A stretch of 13,664 nt of DNA from a virus (IMGVR_UViG_3300024268_000043:1-13664); one strand, 5' to 3'. Shown: positions 1-9,159, numbered from the stretch's first letter. Translations and numbers: made by a program. Notes: generated by a model from the sequence alone, not told the origin.

Positions 1-1
1 T

Positions 2-259
2 CCAGCTGACTTAACACGGGAATTAATCGATCTTCCAAAGGTTGTTGATGGCTTAATTAATAGACCGAAGTTTGATTCTGGTATTAACATGATTGCTAAC
101 GCAATTAATAAGCCAGAAATTGTTATCGATATGGAAAACTTCCTAAAGGTTGACCGTGTTGATAAAGACACATTGCCTCAGCTTGAAGCGATGATGGATA
201 AGAAAATTGATATATTTGCTAAACAGCTTAATTACTCAATTAAACGTTTTAGCAGATAA
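2..259 (+). CDS. C-terminal fragment (5'-truncated) of probable tail tape measure protein
   Basis: Frame 2 is open from the window start to TAA at 257-259: PADLTRELIDLPKVVDGLINRPKFDSGINMIANAINKPEIVIDMENFLKVDRVDKDTLPQLEAMMDKKIDIFAKQLNYSIKRFSR. It lies directly upstream of a Dit-like gene, the canonical TMP-Dit-Tal order. The 'PADLT...VDKDTLP' pattern resembles TMP C-termini of large Firmicutes siphophages (recalled, not searched). Confidence 0.65.
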   Translation, partial: PADLTRELIDLPKVVDGLINRPKFDSGINMIANAINKPEIVIDMENFLKVDRVDKDTLPQLEAMMDKKIDIFAKQLNYSIKRFSR

Positions 260-273
260 AAACAAACAATTAC

Positions 274-310
274 TTAGCATTTGGTGGGGAGCAATCCCCA
301 CCTTTGCTAA
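274..310 (+). terminator. GC-rich stem-loop with GNRA (GCAA) tetraloop; weak terminator or RNA-stabilising hairpin
   Basis: GGTGGGGA (283-290) / GCAA / TCCCCACC (295-302) is a perfect 8-bp stem, extended by TTAGCA (274-279) / TGCTAA (305-310). Only TTT follows the inner stem, so the U-tract is poor. Confidence 0.55.
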
Positions 311-370
311 ATTGTAAGGAGAAGATTTAAATGAACAAAAATATTGAAGTAGTTAAGGAGGGAACGCCAT

Positions 371-1198
371 ATGGTAAGTCCTCATAGAATAAGATACTCA
401 GGTATCTTTAGCAATGAATTAAATATACCAGATTTAATCACCTGCGTAGCCTTTGATAGCGATTCTGGGGAAGCAAACACCTTTCTTTCAAGAGAAGCTG
501 TGGCATCAGAGTCTTACGATGGTCGATATAAAAGAATACACAATATGAAATATACAGAAACATTCTCGCCAAAATTTACTTTTACGAAGTCAAATTTCGG
601 TGATTTTAGCCAAGAGGAGGTGCGTGCAACCCTCAAGTGGTTGACACAAAAGGATACTACGGCACTCCTTGAGGTGTATTACGATGATAGTAATGTGGTG
701 TCGTGGGCTAGCATTGGCGGTTTTGTTGAATTGTCGCTTCAGAAGTTGGCGAATAATCGTACAGTTGCAATAACTGCGACTTGGGATAGCATATCCCCAT
801 TCGCAATGTCAGACCTTTATACGACCACCAAAACAATAACAGAGGCAGACAACAAGATTACAATTAACATAGATACAGACGACAACAAGCCAGTTTATCC
901 TCGTGTGACAATTCAGACAAATGGCAATAACATTAAATTTATCAACAAGCACACGGACTTCTTTAATGCGTCAAAGTCATACAATTCGCTTGAGTTGACA
1001 AACAATGCTTCTGATGAAACAGTTACAATAGATGGTGCAAATAAAATTATTAAGACTTCTTTGACTAGACGTATATTCGGAGATGATTTTAATTGGGTGT
1101 GGCTTGAATTATACGATGGCAAGAATGAAATTGCTATTGAGGGTAATTGTGAAGTGACTTTGGAATATCGTACCGTGATTAAGTGCGGCGAATATTAA
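371..1198 (+). CDS. Distal tail protein (Dit)-like / siphovirus tail component
   Basis: 275 aa, RBS AAGGAGGG at 355-362. Sits between the TMP and Tal-like genes. The C-terminus 'DGANKII...RIFGDDFNWVWLELYDGKNEIAIEGNCEVTLEYR' matches the typical Dit ending (F N W x W L x L x x G x N x I). Confidence 0.8.
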   Translation: MVSPHRIRYSGIFSNELNIPDLITCVAFDSDSGEANTFLSREAVASESYDGRYKRIHNMKYTETFSPKFTFTKSNFGDFSQEEVRATLKWLTQKDTTALLEVYYDDSNVVSWASIGGFVELSLQKLANNRTVAITATWDSISPFAMSDLYTTTKTITEADNKITINIDTDDNKPVYPRVTIQTNGNNIKFINKHTDFFNASKSYNSLELTNNASDETVTIDGANKIIKTSLTRRIFGDDFNWVWLELYDGKNEIAIEGNCEVTLEYRTVIKCGEY

Positions 1199-1210
1199 GG
1201 TGGTGGTTGT

Positions 1211-4200
1211 ATGAAACTAACACTTTCTCGTGATTATTTAAATAACCCAATTCCACCAAGAGTATTTTTGTGTACAACGGGCAAGAAAAGAATAGGTGAA
1301 CTCCCTGCTTTTAATAGACAATTAAATGCAAAATGGAATTCATATAGTGAGTTCTCGCTTGAAATACAACGTACTTATGTAGATATGATTACGGGCGAAA
1401 CCAAAGTTCATCCGTTATATGACAAAGTAGAGGCGCCTAGAAATATTCTTGTTGAGGGATTGTCGTATTTTTCACTTCAAGACATTGATGATACCTCTAG
1501 TGACAATGATATCAAATCTGTGTCGGCCTTCTCACTTGAATACGCAACGTCTAACAAGTATCTTACAAACTTTCATATTAACACGGGAGAGATTGACTCT
1601 AAAGAAGTTTTGTTTAACGAGGCACAGTATGGAACTGATTATAACACAGACAAAGATTCTTTTTATAAACTTGCTTCTGGAGATTTTGACCCATATGAAA
1701 GTTATTATCAGCAAGTATACACTGACACTGATTCGTACACCTACGAACAGGTACAAATTGACGATGCAACCGAATATGCAGAATTAGTCAATGCGAATAC
1801 AAAAGAAGATTCGCAGCCTCACGAAAGACTTTATATGAAAAAGTTCCCTAATGTGCAATTCTTTAATAATAACGAGAGTAAAAGAGGCCTTTCTCTTCTT
1901 CATCTTGTTTTTGAAAATACGCCAGAATGGAAGATAGGCAATGTAGATCAGTCACTTTGGCGCAAGGAGAGAAAATTTAGCGAAGATAGAATTAGTGTTT
2001 ATGACTTTGTTCAAAACAATATCTGTGAAACTTTTGGGTGTGTTGCAGTATGGGACTCTATTGAGGGAACCGTATCTTTCTACGAAGAAGTGGAAGATGA
2101 TTCCGATGTGGGCAGCGAGATTAACACGCAATTTGAAACTGACGTATTTATTTCAAAAGATAATCTTGCATCAGAGTGTAAGGTGTCCTATAGTTCTGAT
2201 AATATTAAGACAAAACTTGTAGTCACCGGTTCTGATAATCTCGATATTCGTGAAGTTAATCTTGGTCGTAACGAGATTATGGATTTAAGTTTCTATCACA
2301 CGGAAGAATGGATGGAACAGGACTTGTTCGAGGCATATGGTGACTATCTTGACGCATTACGGGAAGCAGAAACCGGAATAGATAAGTTTGGTAACACAAG
2401 TTCAATATATCCTATGTCATATCCGGACGCTATGAAAGGTTGGGTATCTGCCAACAATCGCTGGAGCGACTTGATGAATGAGGTACCTGCCGAAGGCAAT
2501 GTAGTGCTTGTTGGTGATGAGTTTAAGAAACTTTATTGCACATTTTCACCAATCAATACCGCATATTGCAAAACCACAATTGGTAGTGGTACTGAGTATG
2601 TTGAAACATCTGCTTTGTATTTAGATGAAGCATATACTAAACCAATTCCGACACCAACAGATGCAGAGATGTATGTAGTTCAAGGTGCGTTATTGGTTTA
2701 CAGTAAAACAGAAAAATTTAAGGTTGATCTGGCGTGGGATGCAAAGAAATTTGCACTCATCAAAAAGCTTAATCAGTACCATGTTGACGAAGATACCAAT
2801 GCAAACAAACAGGATAATATCTTGTTAAAGTTGAAAAACTCTGCGTCAGATGTTACAACAATTCGTATTTATGATAAGCGCCAAGAAGCAAATTCATATG
2901 ATGAGCGTCTGCAGTATTATACCAAAGATAAAGATGGCAAATATTCTGAAACTAATATTGTATTTAAGGACGCTACAGATTTTAATACAAAAAAGACGGA
3001 GTTTGCAAAAGAAGGTACTACAATCTGGGCTAATGATTACTATGTTCATTCCATTGTCGTTAAAGCATCTAGTGGTGTTTCTGAGGCGCCAGATGAATAT
3101 CCTATTATAGATTGGATTAAGAGCACTTTAACGGCAGAAAAGATGGATTTAAAGGGCTATAAAATCACATATATCGGCACTATGGGCGCATACTTCGTTC
3201 TTGCAAAAGATGAAACAATCCCAGAAAACCTTCAAGATTACGGAGTTCGTATGCTTGAAGAAAAACACAAGACATACACCACAATCTTCCAAACACAAAC
3301 CGAGGCAATGTTCTCCCAAGAAAAGGCACAATGTATCGTACAAGACGAAACGCCCGAGGGAGATTATAAAGAGGGCACGAGGTGGCTTGATACCAATAGT
3401 AATCCTATTGTTTTAAAAGAATATGATGGAGATAGTTGGGAGATTGTTAGTGCATCGGTATCAGAAACGGATCAAAAGGATTATGAAAATTATCAAAGAT
3501 ATATAGATAACTATAATAAGCTCGTGGCGGTTCAGCAAGTGCTATCGGTTAAGGAACGTGAAGCCGAATATTGTCTAAATGGATACAGCGTTCCGGATAG
3601 AGTTATTGTATTGCGGCCAACAGACGGTTCTTCCTTAGAAGAAAATATGCATAATGCTGCTCTAACTCATTTTAACGGTCATACTGTAACAAGAGAATCG
3701 CTAAATACTAATTACCCATTATATACATTTACAACCTCGTTTGATCCAATAGTTTATGGAGAAAATGATAAACCATACAATCCTGTTGAGAAGTATTACA
3801 CTAAGGATGACGCGATGGAAGTATACACCCCTATTGTTGTTGAAGAAGAAGATTTTGCAGACTATGATGGAACGACTAATGAAAAAACCCTTTATGTCGT
3901 AACGAGTGGTCACATATTTGCGGTTTATCTTAAAGGTACAACTCCTTATGTGGCCTATGCAAACTCACAAGGCGTGTATCAAATGATTATGGAATACATT
4001 CGCGACAAGACTGAGATGAGTAAGTTCTTTACGGTAGACCAATGGATTAGACTGTCTCCGCTTATCAAGGAAGATGAGTTTAACGATTCCAACTTTTTGC
4101 TGACGGGTTATGAAAGTGAAGAAGAGCGTATTAAAATTTGTCAAGAACTGATGGAGGCAGCCGACAAAGAATTGAAAACGCTTTGTAAGCCTAGTCTTGA

Positions 4201-5239
4201 ATTTTCTATGACTATGGCAAATATTCTTGCTCTTCCAGAATTTGAGCCTTTGTTTGACCAATTTCAACTTGGCAACTTTATTAAGGTTGGCATTAGAGAT
4301 GGATACGTTAAGAGGTCGAGATTGCTTGAGGTTAATATGAATTTTGATGACTTGAGCGATTTCTCTTGTACCTTCGGCAACCTTGTAACGACAAAATCAG
4401 AAATTGATAAGCATGCCAGCCTATTGGCACAGGCTGTTTCTGCCGGTAAGCAAGTGGCAAAATCAAGTGGTGCTTGGCAGAAGTCTGTGGATAAAACCAA
4501 TTGGCTTGAGGATAGTCTCGCGAACGGTCTTAGTGATTTGACATTGGCTGTTGGTAGTGCTAGCGGTCAAGCTATAAGTTGGGATTCTACTGGAATGCAT
4601 TTTAGGAAGTATCGAGATGGGTCTTCAACAGAGTTTGAACCTGAGGAGATGGCTATCATCAACAATGCGTTAGTGGCAACAAATGATTCGTGGAGAACAT
4701 CTAAAGCGGCGTTTGGTAAATATACTATTAATGGCGAGGAAAGATGGGGTCCAATTGCGGAGTATGTGACGGCTGACACATTGGAGGGTAAACTTATACG
4801 TGGAGGCGCAATAGAAATTGGTTCTGGAAACACCAAATTCATAGTTAACGAAGATGGGAGTGTTGAAATCAGATCTGGTGGTACAGACTATATGAATGCA
4901 ATGACCGCTATAGATAATGCTTATCGTTTTAGCACGGTACTTGTTTATAGTGGATTAACTGTATTTTCAGATCTCTCTCACACTTGTACTGTTACTTGCG
5001 AAGTTTATGATTATAAAACGCCAATTACAGACAAAATCATTGCTAACGGCGGCACATTCAACTGGAAGAGAGTATCAAATAGTGCGACCGCAGATTCTGA
5101 ATGGAAACCAACATATGTTGATGACAAGCCAAACCAAATACTTATTGCCGTTGGCGACATTGAAAAGAATTCCCAGCTCTACTGCGAGGTAAACTTTGAC
5201 GAAACAAAATTCCCTAACGACAAAACGGAAAATAATTGA
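1211..5239 (+). CDS. Tail-associated baseplate hub / Tal-like (prophage tail endopeptidase-like) protein with large insertions
   Basis: 1342 aa, RBS AAGGTGGTGG at 1197-1206, follows Dit. Has an N-terminal hub-like segment ('FSEDRISVYDFVQNNICETFGC...NIKTKLVVTG'), a conserved 'KPSLEFSMTMANIL...LGNFIKV...RLLEV' block and a C-terminal 'LEGKLIRGGAIEIG' segment, all typical of large Firmicutes siphophage tail proteins. Confidence 0.75.
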   Translation: MKLTLSRDYLNNPIPPRVFLCTTGKKRIGELPAFNRQLNAKWNSYSEFSLEIQRTYVDMITGETKVHPLYDKVEAPRNILVEGLSYFSLQDIDDTSSDNDIKSVSAFSLEYATSNKYLTNFHINTGEIDSKEVLFNEAQYGTDYNTDKDSFYKLASGDFDPYESYYQQVYTDTDSYTYEQVQIDDATEYAELVNANTKEDSQPHERLYMKKFPNVQFFNNNESKRGLSLLHLVFENTPEWKIGNVDQSLWRKERKFSEDRISVYDFVQNNICETFGCVAVWDSIEGTVSFYEEVEDDSDVGSEINTQFETDVFISKDNLASECKVSYSSDNIKTKLVVTGSDNLDIREVNLGRNEIMDLSFYHTEEWMEQDLFEAYGDYLDALREAETGIDKFGNTSSIYPMSYPDAMKGWVSANNRWSDLMNEVPAEGNVVLVGDEFKKLYCTFSPINTAYCKTTIGSGTEYVETSALYLDEAYTKPIPTPTDAEMYVVQGALLVYSKTEKFKVDLAWDAKKFALIKKLNQYHVDEDTNANKQDNILLKLKNSASDVTTIRIYDKRQEANSYDERLQYYTKDKDGKYSETNIVFKDATDFNTKKTEFAKEGTTIWANDYYVHSIVVKASSGVSEAPDEYPIIDWIKSTLTAEKMDLKGYKITYIGTMGAYFVLAKDETIPENLQDYGVRMLEEKHKTYTTIFQTQTEAMFSQEKAQCIVQDETPEGDYKEGTRWLDTNSNPIVLKEYDGDSWEIVSASVSETDQKDYENYQRYIDNYNKLVAVQQVLSVKEREAEYCLNGYSVPDRVIVLRPTDGSSLEENMHNAALTHFNGHTVTRESLNTNYPLYTFTTSFDPIVYGENDKPYNPVEKYYTKDDAMEVYTPIVVEEEDFADYDGTTNEKTLYVVTSGHIFAVYLKGTTPYVAYANSQGVYQMIMEYIRDKTEMSKFFTVDQWIRLSPLIKEDEFNDSNFLLTGYESEEERIKICQELMEAADKELKTLCKPSLEFSMTMANILALPEFEPLFDQFQLGNFIKVGIRDGYVKRSRLLEVNMNFDDLSDFSCTFGNLVTTKSEIDKHASLLAQAVSAGKQVAKSSGAWQKSVDKTNWLEDSLANGLSDLTLAVGSASGQAISWDSTGMHFRKYRDGSSTEFEPEEMAIINNALVATNDSWRTSKAAFGKYTINGEERWGPIAEYVTADTLEGKLIRGGAIEIGSGNTKFIVNEDGSVEIRSGGTDYMNAMTAIDNAYRFSTVLVYSGLTVFSDLSHTCTVTCEVYDYKTPITDKIIANGGTFNWKRVSNSATADSEWKPTYVDDKPNQILIAVGDIEKNSQLYCEVNFDETKFPNDKTENN

Positions 5240-5255
5240 ATAGGAGGGTATTACG

Positions 5256-8200
5256 ATGAAAATAACTTCACAACCGTTAACATTTTTAGATACAACAGAT
5301 AGTCGCAAATTAGAAGTATACATTTCTTCTAATCACCCAACTATTCAATTGTATGATGTTAACAATAAAGGATATACTCCAGATTGGAGTACAACGAATT
5401 TAAAATTGAGCGCAGATGTATTTCTTGATTCTGCAGAAAAGAAACCAGAAAAGCTGAAATGGTATCGACAATATCTTAATGAAACGACTGAAACTCTAGT
5501 GTCTAGCGGTGACTATACCGAAGAAATTACCATTAATAGCAATATGACACAAACGGCCGTGACCTATATTTGTCGAGCCGAATATCAGGGAATACAAGCA
5601 TTTTCAAAAATTACTTTTGTAAGAAACAATACTGGTCTAAATGGTAAAGACGGTACGAGCATCGTTCCGAAAGGCACGGCAACATCAGTAACCGCCATTC
5701 CAGAAACGGACTATTACACCATTACATATGAAGGAAGCGACGTATCTAACGCAGGACTTAATGACTCCTATATGTACAATGGCGACTTATATGTTTGCGT
5801 AGATTCAAGAAATGGCGTTGACTACTTTATCAATGTAGGTCGTATTCAAGGACCAAAAGGTGAAGACGCCAAGACTATTATCTTAACTGGCAGCGCCCAG
5901 GCATTTAAGGTGAGTAAAACCAACGTTTATACGCCATCAACAATTTCGGTTACCGCAACTCCAATTAACACAACTGTTACAGAATGGACTTATAGCGTAA
6001 ATGGTGGTCAAACCTTCCTAAGTACTGTGCCAACTGGTGTGGTTCGTAATGGAAACATAGTAACTGTGACTGGCTCAACCTTCGCCTCAAATTCGCTAGT
6101 TGTTAAGGCATCTGACGGCACAGCTGTGGATGTGTTTACAATTTACAAAGCCTTTGATGGTGCTGATGGAGAACAAGGAAATCCTGCGCCTTTTGCGTTT
6201 TTGACCAACGAGAATATCTCTTTTACGGCTAACTCGAGTGGGCAGGTTGCGCTTACGTCATTTACAACAAATGTCGTGGCTTATATTGGAACTACGAAAA
6301 CAACTCCCGTTATTGGCACAATCACAGATTTGCCTGCTGGTATGACGGTTAGTGCACCGGTTACTGCGGCAAATGAGCAAATACTAACATTTAGTATAGC
6401 TAACAATTCAACGCTTGGTTCTGCGTCCAGTAATAGCGGTACGATCACTATTCCAGTTACTAGTCCGGTAAGTACCAATTTAAAACTCAGTTGGAGTAAA
6501 ATCAATACAGGAGTAACAGGTGCCGGCATAGAATCTACAACCGTATCTTATGGTGTGTCAGACTCTTCGTCTACCCAGCCAACAGATTGGCAATCTACCA
6601 TTCCTACTGTTGCAGAAGGAAAATACTTGTGGACTCGCACCATCATAGATTATACCGATGAAAAAATTCCTGATACTGTGACTTATATTTACGCAAAGCA
6701 GGGCACAAAAGGCGATTCTGGTGCCGCTGGATCGTCTGTTACCGTATCGTCTGTCCAATACCAAGAAGGAGCATCGGCAACAACCGCCCCCACAGGAACA
6801 TGGTCTAATGCGGTTGTCGCAGTTGCTGATGGAAAATATTTATGGACTAAGACAGCATTTTCAGACGGCAAAACCGCATATGGTGTTGCTAAGCAAGGCG
6901 CAAACGGTAAAGATGGTGTTGGAATTAGTTCTATCACCATTGATTATGGTGTATCAGATAACGCATCAACTAAGCCGACTAGTTGGCAACAATCTATACC
7001 TGTTGTCGCAGAGGGAAAGTATTTATGGACTCGTACTATCACAGACTATACCGATACATCTGTGGCTGATACTGTAGCTTATGTGTATGCTAAACAGGGA
7101 ATAAAGGGTGACACTGGTGTAGCAGGTTCTTCAGTGACGGTATCTTCTATTCAATATCAAGCGGGCACTTCAGCCACCACTGCGCCTACTGGCACATGGT
7201 CAGATTCCGTTGTTGCAGTCTCAGAGGGCGATTACCTTTGGACAAAAACAACATTCTCGGATGGAAAGGTTGCTTATGGCATTGCTAAACAAGGTCAAAA
7301 GGGAGATAAGGGCGATCAAGGCGCCGCCGGTGCAGATGCTTATACAGTCTTGTTAACAAACGAATCTCACGTATTTGCTGGTAGCACATCTACGGCCATA
7401 GCCTCTAGTGCAACAACACAAGTTTTAGCCTATAAAGGCACAACGGCACAATCTGTAACTATCGTTTCTGTAAATGGTGTCGCAGCAAAGACTGCTTCAA
7501 CAGCTACGGGAATTGCTGGTTTAACATTTGCGTGTTCTGCGCTTAGTGGAACGTCCCCAACCATTACATTTACCTGCACAACATCGTTTGTGAGTCCTAA
7601 TGGTAGTATTCCTATTGTACTTAGTGTTGGTGGCGTATCAATCACAAAGATGTTTACTTATTCTATTGCGTTCAAAGGTAGCACAGGTGCTACAGGTGGT
7701 ACTGGACCACAAGGTTCTCCTGCTACATCATATTGGCTTGTGTCTAGTGCGAGTGTTGTACAAAAAAATGCGTCTGGAACGGTAATTCTTACTCCTTCAA
7801 CACTTACATTTACAGGCAAAAGCCAAACAGGTACAAACACACCAATCGACTATGGATGCCGATGGATAATTGCATATTCTACTGACGGTTCTATTTATAC
7901 CAACGCATACACTTCGACTGCAAATGAGATCACAAAAACATTTACAGTAGACTCAACCTATAAGACCATTCGAGTTAGAATGTATTTAGCTGGTGGCACT
8001 ACGACTTTGTTGGACGAGCAAATAATCCCAGTTGTTGCAGATGGTGCCATCGGCGCTCCTGGTGCAGACGCAGTAACATTCCAAATTTATTCAAGCAACG
8101 GTTATGCGCTTTCTATAAATACACCAAACGTAACATTACAGACTTTTGCGTATATTGGAGATATTGAAATTACCGCAGGTGCAACATATCAATGGTATGG

Positions 8201-8870
8201 CTACAGTGCTTCTGGATGGAGTGCTATTTCTGGCGCAACAAACGCATATTTAACAGTCAATCGTGAAGATGTTGCTTTTAGCAAGAGTTATATGTGCAAG
8301 ATGACATTTGGTGGCGTGGAATATACTAGCGTTGCAACTATAGATGACAAGAATGATGAAAATAAAGTCTTCACTACTAAGCCTTCCAATTATGCAGCAG
8401 GTGATCTTTGGGTTGTTGGTGTAGACTATGCACCCGCAGGCGTAGCAGTGGGTACGCTTCTGAGGGCAGAACATACAAATGTCACATATGGAGATGTAGA
8501 CTGGGTTACTGCTACGAAGTATGACAAAGAACTCAATGATTTGAAGGACAACATTGAAACATACAATCAATACTTTTCATTTGATTCTACAGAAGGATTA
8601 AAGATTAGCGCCAAAGATAATAACGGCACACCGTCACAATTTTCAACATCATTAACAAATGAGAGATTGTCATTTAATTACGGTAACGAGGCTATTGCAT
8701 ATATTAATGGCACCAAAATGAATATCAAAGAGGCAGAAATCGAGTCGCCTCTAACTGTAACTGGTAAATACTCAGGAAGCACTATGCTTCAGGCACCAGT
8801 GATAAATATTGGTAAATTTAGCATTATAGTTGAAAGTAATGGAAGTCTTTCAATTGTGGCTAATACTTAA
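5256..8870 (+). CDS. Tail fibre / host-specificity protein with collagen-like linkers, YLWT repeats and Ig-like domains
   Basis: 1204 aa, RBS AGGAGGG at 5242-5248. Contains Gly-X-Y linkers (GLNGKDG, QGPKGED, GADGEQG, GQKGDKGDQGAAG) and four 'G[KD]YLWT[RK]T' repeats. The C-terminus 'LTNERLSF...IAYING...IGKFSIIVESNGSLSIV' is typical of siphophage tail/antireceptor proteins. Confidence 0.8.
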   Translation: MKITSQPLTFLDTTDSRKLEVYISSNHPTIQLYDVNNKGYTPDWSTTNLKLSADVFLDSAEKKPEKLKWYRQYLNETTETLVSSGDYTEEITINSNMTQTAVTYICRAEYQGIQAFSKITFVRNNTGLNGKDGTSIVPKGTATSVTAIPETDYYTITYEGSDVSNAGLNDSYMYNGDLYVCVDSRNGVDYFINVGRIQGPKGEDAKTIILTGSAQAFKVSKTNVYTPSTISVTATPINTTVTEWTYSVNGGQTFLSTVPTGVVRNGNIVTVTGSTFASNSLVVKASDGTAVDVFTIYKAFDGADGEQGNPAPFAFLTNENISFTANSSGQVALTSFTTNVVAYIGTTKTTPVIGTITDLPAGMTVSAPVTAANEQILTFSIANNSTLGSASSNSGTITIPVTSPVSTNLKLSWSKINTGVTGAGIESTTVSYGVSDSSSTQPTDWQSTIPTVAEGKYLWTRTIIDYTDEKIPDTVTYIYAKQGTKGDSGAAGSSVTVSSVQYQEGASATTAPTGTWSNAVVAVADGKYLWTKTAFSDGKTAYGVAKQGANGKDGVGISSITIDYGVSDNASTKPTSWQQSIPVVAEGKYLWTRTITDYTDTSVADTVAYVYAKQGIKGDTGVAGSSVTVSSIQYQAGTSATTAPTGTWSDSVVAVSEGDYLWTKTTFSDGKVAYGIAKQGQKGDKGDQGAAGADAYTVLLTNESHVFAGSTSTAIASSATTQVLAYKGTTAQSVTIVSVNGVAAKTASTATGIAGLTFACSALSGTSPTITFTCTTSFVSPNGSIPIVLSVGGVSITKMFTYSIAFKGSTGATGGTGPQGSPATSYWLVSSASVVQKNASGTVILTPSTLTFTGKSQTGTNTPIDYGCRWIIAYSTDGSIYTNAYTSTANEITKTFTVDSTYKTIRVRMYLAGGTTTLLDEQIIPVVADGAIGAPGADAVTFQIYSSNGYALSINTPNVTLQTFAYIGDIEITAGATYQWYGYSASGWSAISGATNAYLTVNREDVAFSKSYMCKMTFGGVEYTSVATIDDKNDENKVFTTKPSNYAAGDLWVVGVDYAPAGVAVGTLLRAEHTNVTYGDVDWVTATKYDKELNDLKDNIETYNQYFSFDSTEGLKISAKDNNGTPSQFSTSLTNERLSFNYGNEAIAYINGTKMNIKEAEIESPLTVTGKYSGSTMLQAPVINIGKFSIIVESNGSLSIVANT
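6525..7316 (+). repeat. Two tandem ~396-bp (132-aa) intragenic repeat units, each with two YLWT sub-repeats
   Basis: Unit 1 starts GIESTTVSYGVSD at 6525 and unit 2 starts GISSITIDYGVSD at 6921, a period of 396 nt. Both continue ...IP(T/V)VAEGKYLWTRTI.DYTD....DTV.Y.YAKQG.KGD.G.AGSSVTVSS.QYQ.G.SATTAPTGTWS..VVAV..G.YLWTKT.FSDGK.AYG.AKQG. Many DNA differences fall at third codon positions. Confidence 0.9.
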
Positions 8871-8886
8871 GAAAGGAGAATGGATT

Positions 8887-9159
8887 ATGGAACAACTTAG
8901 AACGGAAGAAGCGACAATAGAAGTTAAATACCACGACTTTTATTGCGATGAGTGTAATTGCCTTGTTGGGTCGTCGGTCGAACACACCAATGGAGCATAT
9001 GATCTTCTTGGTATTTATGAGGCAAATGTTCTTACGCCAGATGGAACTTTCAAGTATTATAATCAGTGTCTATGTGAAACATGTAAAGAAGGATTTCCTT
9101 CGAAAGTTGCCGAGGCGCTTAAGGCTCTTGGCTTTACGTGTCCAGATGAAATTGAATAA
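8887..9159 (+). CDS. Small Cys-rich protein with two CxxC motifs (putative Zn-binding), function unknown
   Basis: The ORF-track start at 8830 overlaps the upstream gene. RBS AGGAG (8874-8878) is 8 nt before ATG 8887, giving 90 aa (MEQLRTEE...CPDEIE). CDEC at 8944-8955, CETC at 9073-9084, 7 Cys in total. Confidence 0.7.
   Translation: MEQLRTEEATIEVKYHDFYCDECNCLVGSSVEHTNGAYDLLGIYEANVLTPDGTFKYYNQCLCETCKEGFPSKVAEALKALGFTCPDEIE

Noticed and set aside
6525-7316. Repeat region considered as a CRISPR array or shufflon
   Set aside because: The repeats are in-frame, degenerate protein-coding duplications with no identical repeat/unique spacer pattern, no inverted crossover sites and no recombinase gene.
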